From Blastocatellia bacterium (GTDB taxonomy: Bacteria; Acidobacteriota; Blastocatellia; UBA7656), in assembly GCA_035248905.1 (NCBI GenBank), contig DATFGX010000010.1, positions 175,468 through 239,467 on the forward strand: a stretch of 64,000 bases of DNA. Direction: 5' to 3'. Positions 35,702 to 42,677 of this stretch are shown here, one piece after another. Made by a program: the position numbers and the translations under genes. A model generated the notes under the pieces. It ran no database searches and was not told the DNA's origin. It saw only the letters and a list, made by a program, of their open reading frames with translations. Within the stretch, counting starts at the first letter, position 1; each line of letters begins with the position of its first letter.

Positions 35702-36328
35702 TCAACCTCCGCTCGCTTTCGCCTTCGCTAGCTCCGTGAGCGCCCGGCGCAGTCGGTTCAAGCATGTGGTGATGGTCAGCAGCGCCGCAATCGCAAAGAC
35801 CCAGGGCCATGCCTCAAAGACGCGCTGGCTGATGAAGGTGATTAAGCCGAGCGCGCCGACGACGAAGGCGCGGTCGCTTTTGCCCATCGGCCCGTCGTAG
35901 CGACGTGACGCGCCGAGCGCGCGGCTGGTGACGCCGCAGAATTCGGTCAGCACCGCGCCGATGGCAAAAGCGACGACCGGCCAGCGTGCCTGCTCATCAA
36001 CGAAAGCCAGCGGCAGATACAACCCGAGATCAGAGAGCGCGTCACCCAGCTCATTCAACACCGCGCCGAGGTTCGAGGCCATGCCCAGTTCGCGCGCCAT
36101 CATGCCGTCAATGGCGTTCAAGGCCATGCGCGCGAACAGCCACACAGGCAGCAGCAACAGCAGCCATGCATGCCTGCCAGCTTGCGAGACCGCCGCGCCG
36201 ACCGCGACCGAGCCGACCAGCGCCACGAGCGTCACGGCGTTCGGCGTCAGACCGACCCGCGCCAGCCCGCGCATCAGCGGGCGCAGCAAATTTTGAAATC
36301 GCGGTTTGAGATCGTAGACCGAAGGCAT
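35702..36328 (-). CDS. CDP-alcohol phosphatidyltransferase
   Basis: Motif DGMMARELGMASNLGAVLNELGDALSD (D-G-x2-A-R...G-x3-D-x3-D). The start is set at MPSVYDL, because the upstream part of the ORF only translates hairpin D. Confidence 0.8.
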   Translation of the reverse strand: MPSVYDLKPRFQNLLRPLMRGLARVGLTPNAVTLVALVGSVAVGAAVSQAGRHAWLLLLLPVWLFARMALNAIDGMMARELGMASNLGAVLNELGDALSDLGLYLPLAFVDEQARWPVVAFAIGAVLTEFCGVTSRALGASRRYDGPMGKSDRAFVVGALGLITFISQRVFEAWPWVFAIAALLTITTCLNRLRRALTELAKAKASGG

Positions 36329-36337
36329 ATTTGAATC

Positions 36338-36434
36338 GTGACAAGTGACAAGTAAACCGTGACAAGAGGAACTGCGCCGGCTAAAGTTTGGCGTGACGCG
36401 GAGTGACAACGTCTTGTCACTTGTCACTTGTCAC
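36338..36434. repeat. Unit-built hairpin D (GTGACAA heptamers)
   Basis: gtgacaagtgacaag (36338-36352) pairs with cttgtcacttgtcac (36420-36434), and the inner gtgacaag pairs with cttgtcac. The left arm ends 9 nt from the ATG (36328) of the minus-strand gene. Confidence 0.85.
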
Positions 36435-36518
36435 GTTCTTTGGGGCTGCACGCGCTGGCGATTATACCACGCCTCGCACTGGATGCCATTGTTCAAATAG
36501 GCTAAGCCAGGGAAGCTG

Positions 36519-36580
36519 CCACAAAGGCACGAAGGCACAAAGAATCACGAAGAGGTTTGTGTTCCTTCGTGCCTTTGTGG
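36519..36580. repeat. Unit-built hairpin H (CACAAAGG/CACGAAGG octamers)
   Basis: ccacaaaggcacgaagg (36519-36535) is the exact reverse complement of ccttcgtgcctttgtgg (36564-36580). Inner pairing is cacaaa/tttgtg. Confidence 0.85.
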
Positions 36581-36664
36581 CGAATTCTTCTAAACTGATT
36601 CCTGCGCAAACAGGCAGGGACACCCTGCCACCTTAGTTAGAGCACCAAGAGCGACGAAAGATAC

Positions 36665-37384
36665 ATGGAATTGCGAATGCATCTGCCGGAGGATTTCCCG
36701 AATGAGCTGAGACACACGGACGCCGACACGCCTGTGCCGACCTGGGCGCAGGTGACGCGCAGCGTCAGCGCCGCCAATCAACAAATGATTACGCAGGTCG
36801 CGCGCCTTGTCGCTGACACCGATGACGAGCCGACGGCGCGCGCCGTGTGGGAGTCGTGGCCGGGCAATTATCGGCGCTCGACGGCGCTCATCATCGATAA
36901 GGTTTACGCACAAGGCTGGCTCGACGCGCTCGGCGCGATTGATGGCTGGCCGTGGGATGGCGGCTTCTACTGTCGCCCGGCTGAGACGGCGCGCGGCGCG
37001 TTCGCCGACGTGCTCGATTCATTGTCCGATGGCGACAGACCATTCATCGCCTGTACGCTGCGCAATGGTCTGTTCGCTTACTTGAATGCTTACCCGCACA
37101 AAGCATGGCGGCGCGGCTGGATGGAGACTGACACGGCGACGGCGGCGCTGCACGTCGGCTTGATGAAGGATGGCCGCGCCGAGATTCACTTCGATGTCTT
37201 CAACCCGCTGTTCATCAGCGGCGCGCCCGCTCGCGATGTGATCCGCATTCCGCTGGTCGGCGCGTTCAACCGAAAACAATTCGTCTTGCATCGGCGCTGG
37301 GAGCAATCCGACTTCGGTCCTTACTCGCGCACCTCTGCGAACCTCTACCACCTGATGCGCGACCGCGTGCCGCTGTCGTTTTAG
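36665..37384 (+). CDS. Hypothetical protein (no recognisable domain)
   Basis: 239-aa ORF in a region with no better alternative. The antisense 110-aa ORF is shorter. Its stop overlaps the convergent ABC gene stop within TTAG (37381-37384). Confidence 0.45.
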   Translation: MELRMHLPEDFPNELRHTDADTPVPTWAQVTRSVSAANQQMITQVARLVADTDDEPTARAVWESWPGNYRRSTALIIDKVYAQGWLDALGAIDGWPWDGGFYCRPAETARGAFADVLDSLSDGDRPFIACTLRNGLFAYLNAYPHKAWRRGWMETDTATAALHVGLMKDGRAEIHFDVFNPLFISGAPARDVIRIPLVGAFNRKQFVLHRRWEQSDFGPYSRTSANLYHLMRDRVPLSF

Positions 37385-38100
37385 CCGGCGAGCTGAAAGA
37401 AGACATCTTCAAACGGCGCGTCGGGCATGGCGGTCAGCTCGCGCAGGCGTGCCGGCGTGTCTTCGGCGACCAGCAGGCCGGCGCGCATCACGCCGACGCG
37501 GTCGCTGACGCGCTCGACGAAACTCATGACGTGCGACGACACGACGATGGCGCGCCCGCGGCGGCGCTCGTCTTCCAGCCGCAGCCGCAGCTTGCGCATC
37601 ATCTCAACGTCGAGGCCGTTCAACGGCTCGTCCAGCATGAAGACTTCCGGCTCGCCCAACATCGCCGCCGCAAGCCCCAGCTTCTTGCGCATGCCGAGCG
37701 AGTAGCCGCCGGCGAGCTTGTCCGCCGCCGCCTCCAGCTCGAAGAAGCGCAGCGCCTCGGGAACCTGCGCGGCGTCCGCCGTTTTCAAGCCGGCCACCAG
37801 CTCAAGGTACTCGCGCCCGGTCAGCCGGTTGTAGAGCGTCAGCTCTTCCGGCAGGTAGCCGAGGTGGCGCTTCGTCGTCGCCCCCTGGTGCGTGTGGTCT
37901 TCGTTACAAATCAAGACGCGGCCCGTGTCGGGCGTCGTCAGACCCATAATCATGCGGATCAGCGTAGACTTGCCCGCGCCGTTGGCGCCGACCAGGGCGT
38001 AGATTTCGCCGGCGCGCACGCGGAGGCTGACGCCGGCGACGGCGACAATCGCGCCGTAGCGTTTGACTACCGCTTCAACTTCGATCAGCGTGTCGCTCAA
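37381..38100 (-). CDS. ABC transporter ATP-binding protein (ABC-2 exporter type)
   Basis: Walker A GANGAGKST, signature variant YSLGMRKKL, Walker B FMLDEPLNGLD. Confidence 0.85.
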   Translation of the reverse strand: MSDTLIEVEAVVKRYGAIVAVAGVSLRVRAGEIYALVGANGAGKSTLIRMIMGLTTPDTGRVLICNEDHTHQGATTKRHLGYLPEELTLYNRLTGREYLELVAGLKTADAAQVPEALRFFELEAAADKLAGGYSLGMRKKLGLAAAMLGEPEVFMLDEPLNGLDVEMMRKLRLRLEDERRRGRAIVVSSHVMSFVERVSDRVGVMRAGLLVAEDTPARLRELTAMPDAPFEDVFFQLAG

Positions 38101-39533
38101 TCGCCCTCCGTCAACAAGTAAAGCCGCGCCATGTGGCGGCCCCGCTCTCTGAGCGAATGCGTCGCCTGCACATGAATGATCAAGCCCGCAGGCCAGAAGA
38201 TGACCGCCAAGGCGCCAGCGGCCAACTGGCCCGTCGTCAGCACAATGATTGCGAGTCCGGGCCGCGTCGGCATTTCAAACGCCAGCCAACCCGCCAGCGA
38301 ACTCATCATCCACCACAGCCACAGGCATTCCGCAAGCAACGGCAGCAGGTAAATCGCCGGCACCTGCCGCGTCAGCAATGCGACCAGCCATGTGGCGAAC
38401 GGCGCAATCAGGCTCACGGCGCGGGCGTACCAGAGCTTGGCCGTGCAGAGGTCAAGACCGCTCATCGCCGTCGCGCGCTCCTGCCACATCATCGGCAACT
38501 CGTAAGCCACCAGCAGCGGCACGAGCGCCGCGAGCACCGCCACCATCAATGCGCAGGCGCTCTTGATGGCCAGGACTTGCGGCGTCCACGTCAGGTCGAG
38601 CCAGCCGCCGCTCGCCGCGGCAGGCGGCAATAGATGCGTCAATAGAATTGTGGTTAAGCCGCCGACGACGAGCGCCGCCATGCCGCCGACCACATAGACC
38701 GCCGACGAAAAGGCGCGCAGGGTCAGTTGCAGGTCGCGCGCCAGTTGCGCCGCCACCGCGTAAGCGAAGCGCCGGCGCAGGCGTTCGAGGCTCACCAGAC
38801 GCAAATGGTTCGACGATTGCAGCCGCCGCGCGTATTCCATGTCGGCGGCTCGCCAACGCCCATGCTGAAGGCGAACGACGAAGTAGAAGATCACCGAAAT
38901 GAGTGCCGCGCTCAGCATCAGCCATCGTTTTGTGCTCGCCGAGAAAAGGTCGCCGCTGACCGCCATCGCCAGCAACGCGCCGCAGGCAGCGGCGGCGGGG
39001 AAGAGAAGCAGCAGCGCCAGGGCGGCGACGCGCTGATTGCGCGTGTGGCCCCAGTGAATCCAGTTGAGCGCTGCCAGCGTCTCTGTAAGCGATGTCACAG
39101 AAACCAGCAGGACAAGCGGCAGCCAACTCAGCGGTTCAATCCACGCGCCGCCGGCCATGCGATGAGCGGCGCTGGCGGCGATAGCGACCACAAGCGTGCG
39201 ACCGGCGCGCGCCGCCAGCGCCGCATGCAAGTGTGTGGCGGGCGTGAGCGGCAGCGCGTCGAAGTAGGCTTCCGGACGGCGCAGGTGATAAATCTCCGCG
39301 GCACCGCGCGACAGGCTCAGGGCGATGAGTGCGCCTTCGAAAGCGATGGCCGCAACGATGAGGGTCGACGCTGATGGCTGCCAGTCCGACAGGTTGTCGA
39401 CGACGCGGGCGACGGTGAAGGCAGTGAAGCCGACGATCACCGGCCCGAGCACGAGCCAGTAGTACAGGTGTTCGCGCGCCCAGCGAAGTTGTGAGCGCAG
39501 CGTCGCGCCGATGAGCCGTCGAAATGGGTTCAC
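38097..39533 (-). CDS. Polytopic membrane protein, putative permease partner of the adjacent ABC ATPase
   Basis: 478 aa with about 10 hydrophobic segments. A 4-nt overlap with the downstream ATPase gene suggests coupling. No family motif recognised. Confidence 0.55.
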   Translation of the reverse strand: MNPFRRLIGATLRSQLRWAREHLYYWLVLGPVIVGFTAFTVARVVDNLSDWQPSASTLIVAAIAFEGALIALSLSRGAAEIYHLRRPEAYFDALPLTPATHLHAALAARAGRTLVVAIAASAAHRMAGGAWIEPLSWLPLVLLVSVTSLTETLAALNWIHWGHTRNQRVAALALLLLFPAAAACGALLAMAVSGDLFSASTKRWLMLSAALISVIFYFVVRLQHGRWRAADMEYARRLQSSNHLRLVSLERLRRRFAYAVAAQLARDLQLTLRAFSSAVYVVGGMAALVVGGLTTILLTHLLPPAAASGGWLDLTWTPQVLAIKSACALMVAVLAALVPLLVAYELPMMWQERATAMSGLDLCTAKLWYARAVSLIAPFATWLVALLTRQVPAIYLLPLLAECLWLWWMMSSLAGWLAFEMPTRPGLAIIVLTTGQLAAGALAVIFWPAGLIIHVQATHSLRERGRHMARLYLLTEGD

Positions 39534-39569
39534 GGTTGCAAGGAGTGTCGCGCCGGCGCGCGGCTCGCG

Positions 39570-40010
39570 TCACCCGACGCCGAGCAGTTCGATTTCGAAG
39601 ATGAGCGTCGCGTTCGGCGGAACATTACCCTTGCCCGCCGCGCCATAGCCGAGGTCAGGGGGAATGATGAGCTTGCGCTTGCCGCCGACGTGCATGCTCA
39701 AGATGCCTTCTTCCCAGCCGGCGATGACCGTGCCAGTGCCGAGTTTGAAGCTATACGGCTGGCCGCGATCAACCGAGCTATCGATCTTCGTGCCGTTTTC
39801 GAGCCAGCCGGTGTAATGGACGATGACGGTACGGCCAAGCCGCGCCTTGTCGCCAGTGCCGACGACTTCGTCAATGTACTTGAGGCCGGAAGCGGTCTTG
39901 ACTTCCTCGCCGCCGCTGCTTTTTTTACCGCAGCCGGCGAGCGCCAGGGCGCAGGCGATGGCCAGCGCCAGGCCGAGCCATCGTGAATGAATTGGGTGAC
40001 TGAACGACAA
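39570..40010 (-). CDS. FKBP-type peptidyl-prolyl cis-trans isomerase, lipoprotein
   Basis: Lipobox LALAGC. FKBP core VHYTGWLENGTKIDSS...F.LG...VIAGWEEG...IPPDLGYG. Confidence 0.85.
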   Translation of the reverse strand: MSFSHPIHSRWLGLALAIACALALAGCGKKSSGGEEVKTASGLKYIDEVVGTGDKARLGRTVIVHYTGWLENGTKIDSSVDRGQPYSFKLGTGTVIAGWEEGILSMHVGGKRKLIIPPDLGYGAAGKGNVPPNATLIFEIELLGVG

Positions 40011-40190
40011 GCGTATTCCTCCTTATGAATGCGTCTGCTGGCCACGCGCCGGGCCAAGCGACATATTCGGAGCCACGCGCCCGCCTTGTCAAGCAGCGGC
40101 GCGGGAATCCGATCTGCCGCCGGCGGCGTAGAGGCTGGTGTGCAACTTATTCGCGACCCACTAACTATAAGAGAAGGAGTCTACACACAT

Positions 40191-40655
40191 ATGCGTAAAA
40201 GTTTGGTAGCCGTGGCAATCGCTTTTGTCTTCGCGCTCGGCACGCTGGCGCCGGCGCTCGCCGCGAAAGATAAGACGATGAAAGCGCCGTCGCTCTATAA
40301 CCAACTGGGCGGCAAGAAAGGCATCAAGAAGGTCGTTGATGACTTTGTCACGAACGTCGGCGGTGATAACCGCATCAACAAATTCTTCGCCGACACGGTG
40401 AAGGACAAGCACCGCCTGGATAAGTTCAAAGGCAATCTGGTCGACCAGATTTGTAAGGCATCCGGCGGTCCCTGCAAGTACACCGGCAAAGACATGAAGA
40501 CGGCGCACACGGGGATGGGGATCACCGACGCGGACTTCAACGCGCTGGTCGACGACCTGGTGAAAGCCCTCGACGCCAATCACGTCTCTGCTGACGCCAA
40601 GAATACGCTGCTCGGGGCGCTCGGCCCGATGAAAGGCGACATCGTCGGTCAGTGA
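40191..40655 (+). CDS. Group-1 truncated haemoglobin-like protein with a signal peptide
   Basis: The core LYNQLGGKKGIKKVVDDF...FF...GGPCKYTGKDMKTAH...I matches the trHbN layout. It is preceded by MRKSLVAVAIAFVFALGTLAPALA, and SD GAAGGAG is at 40173-40179. Confidence 0.7.
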   Translation: MRKSLVAVAIAFVFALGTLAPALAAKDKTMKAPSLYNQLGGKKGIKKVVDDFVTNVGGDNRINKFFADTVKDKHRLDKFKGNLVDQICKASGGPCKYTGKDMKTAHTGMGITDADFNALVDDLVKALDANHVSADAKNTLLGALGPMKGDIVGQ

Positions 40656-40683
40656 GCCACCACGCATCGCTAAGCCAAACCGG

Positions 40684-40720
40684 GGAGCGAGTGACCGCGA
40701 GGCGCTCGCTCCTCTTTTTT
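40684..40720 (+). terminator. Intrinsic terminator
   Basis: Stem ggagcgag (40684-40691) / ctcgctcc (40705-40712), followed by tctttttt. Confidence 0.75.
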
Positions 40721-40894
40721 GCGCGCGGTTTGTCACACCTGAGGTAAGGCAAGCATCGCGCTTACATCATGCGACGCCGCAGGTTTGCAACTTTTTGCAT
40801 CTCGCCGGCACTTTTCACAGCCTTTGACATTCCCGCCCGCAAAAATGAACCGCTGCCGAGGTTCCTTCGTTAAAGAGCCTAAAGGAGCAAGGGT

Positions 40895-41674
40895 ATGTCT
40901 GGGGAGTCCTCTGTCCGTGCATTGATCGTAGACGATGAACCGCTGGCGCGCGAGCGCCTGCGCGACATGCTGAAAGCCGACCGCCGCGTCGAGATCATCG
41001 GCGAGTGCGCCACCGGCGAGCAGGCCATCGAAGCGATTCAACACCTCGCGCCCGACCTCGTCTTTCTCGATGTCGAGATGCCCGGCAAGGATGGCTTCGC
41101 CGTGCTCGAAGCGCTCGACGCCGACCGCCTGCCGGTGGTTATCTTCGTCACTGCCTATGACCAGTACGCGGTGCGCGCCTTCGAGTTTCACGCGCTCGAT
41201 TACCTGCTCAAGCCATTCGACCAGGAGCGCTTCGACAAGGCCACGGCGCGCGCCATCGCTCACATCCGCAACGAGAAGAGCGAGAACCTGACGGCGCGCC
41301 TCTTGAAGATGCTCGAAGAGATGAAAGCGCGCCCGGTCCACCTGGAGCGCCTGGTCATTAAGATGAACGGCCACGTCTTCTTCGTGAAGACCGAAGAGAT
41401 CGATTGGCTGGAAGCCGAAGGCAACTACGTGCGCCTGCACGCGGGTAAAGAGTCTTACCTGCTGCGCGACACCATTTCGGCGCTCGAATCGCAGCTCGAC
41501 CCGCGCAAGTTCGTGCGCGTCCACCGCTCGGCCATCGTCAACATTGACCGCATCGAAGAGCTCCAGCCGTGGTTCCACGGCGAGTATCGCATCCTGCTCG
41601 GCGAAGGCGTGCAACTGACGCTGTCGCGCAGCTACCGCGAGCGCCTGCACGAAGTCCTCGGACGCCCCCTCTGA
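40895..41674 (+). CDS. LytTR-family response regulator
   Basis: Canonical receiver (LIVDDEP, LVFLDVEMPGKDG, YLLKPF) plus a C-terminal LytTR DNA-binding domain (FVRVHRSAIVN). SD AAAGGAG lies upstream. Confidence 0.9.
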   Translation: MSGESSVRALIVDDEPLARERLRDMLKADRRVEIIGECATGEQAIEAIQHLAPDLVFLDVEMPGKDGFAVLEALDADRLPVVIFVTAYDQYAVRAFEFHALDYLLKPFDQERFDKATARAIAHIRNEKSENLTARLLKMLEEMKARPVHLERLVIKMNGHVFFVKTEEIDWLEAEGNYVRLHAGKESYLLRDTISALESQLDPRKFVRVHRSAIVNIDRIEELQPWFHGEYRILLGEGVQLTLSRSYRERLHEVLGRPL

Positions 41675-41757
41675 CAAGTGACAAGTAAACAGTGACAAGT
41701 GACAAGAGGCTGTCGCGCCGGCTGCCTTCTTGTCACTTGTCACTTGTCACTTGTCAC
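41672..41757. repeat. Unit-built hairpin E (GTGACAA heptamers)
   Basis: Left arm tgacaagtgacaagtaaacagtgacaagtgacaagagg, 16-nt spacer, right arm ccttcttgtcacttgtcacttgtcacttgtcac. The LytTR stop TGA (41672-41674) is the first triplet of the first unit. Confidence 0.85.
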
Positions 41758-41883
41758 GCCTCCCTTCCGTGTCATCCCAAAGTTGTACCGGCAGATCGCC
41801 CACGACGCTTAGACTGCGAGCATAAACGGCGGCGCGACAGAGGCGGCAAGCGCCGACCGCGAGCTTCTGCGGTTGGAGTCGTT

Positions 41884-42480
41884 ATGAAACTTGTCGCGCG
41901 ACTTGCCTGTTTCGTCCTGTGCTTTGCTCCGGCACTGGCTCACGCCTTCCCCCTCTACCCCCTGCCGCTCCTGTTGACGCGATGGCCCGCGGCGCACACA
42001 GAAGCCGAGCGCGCGGGCATCGCGGTCCCCCGCCTGTCCGGCCTCGACCTCGTCCTCTCGACATTCGATAGGTCGGTGGTCAGCAAGTTCCGCCAAGCCT
42101 GGCAGCGCGTCGGCAGCGGCATGCTGCCGTCGGAGAGCGTCGTCCTGATTCTCCGCATGCGTGACGGCAGCTACGACACGTTCATGCCGAAGCCGACGAA
42201 CGAGTATAAGCGCTTCACCTTCGCCTGGCATCCGGCGACGATTGCCATTGTCCACACCCACCCCAACAGCGCTCCGGCGACGCCCGAAGGCTGCGACCTC
42301 GACCTCGCAGAAAAGTACAAGGTGCCGATCTTTACCATCACCTCGCGCGGCATGTTCGTTTACGACCCGGCGACGCACAGGACGACGCGCGTGCTCGCCG
42401 GCATCGAGTGGCGAGAGGACGCCGCCTGGGAACGGATGCATGCGCGGCTGGCGGGCCGCACAACCGTCGACGGGCGATGA
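41884..42480 (+). CDS. Secreted hypothetical protein with a JAB/MPN-like HxH segment
   Basis: Signal peptide MKLVARLACFVLCFAPALAHA. IVHTHPNSAPATPEGCDLD resembles the JAMM HxH...S-x2-D motif but deviates from it, with Glu for Ser and one extra residue. Confidence 0.45.
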   Translation: MKLVARLACFVLCFAPALAHAFPLYPLPLLLTRWPAAHTEAERAGIAVPRLSGLDLVLSTFDRSVVSKFRQAWQRVGSGMLPSESVVLILRMRDGSYDTFMPKPTNEYKRFTFAWHPATIAIVHTHPNSAPATPEGCDLDLAEKYKVPIFTITSRGMFVYDPATHRTTRVLAGIEWREDAAWERMHARLAGRTTVDGR

Positions 42481-42677
42481 GACTCGTCATCCGTTCAGGC
42501 CATCTGGTCACGCGAATCCGGACGCTCGTCCCAAACTTGTTCACCGCCGGCGGCCGCTTTCGTAGACTCGATGGTGCTTTAGCCGAACGTTCGCCCAACA
42601 ACCAGCCTGTCGCTCGCGGCCCGTTGCCGCTTGACGATGGCAGAGAGCCGTTTCAACCGCTCGATTCAGGAGGCACA

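Noticed and set aside
41692-41883. ORF extensions beginning MTSDK... or containing CHLSLVTCH (41692, 36427 and 41743 starts), and the 77-aa ORF 36403-36636.
   Set aside because: These stretches merely translate the GTGACAA-type hairpin units and the hairpin H region. The real starts lie downstream, at 41884 and 36328.
42481-42677. Possible riboswitch (for example cobalamin) in the 197-nt leader of the TonB-dependent receptor.
   Set aside because: I could not find a B12-box-like core or any other riboswitch consensus by eye. A covariance-model scan would be needed before calling anything.
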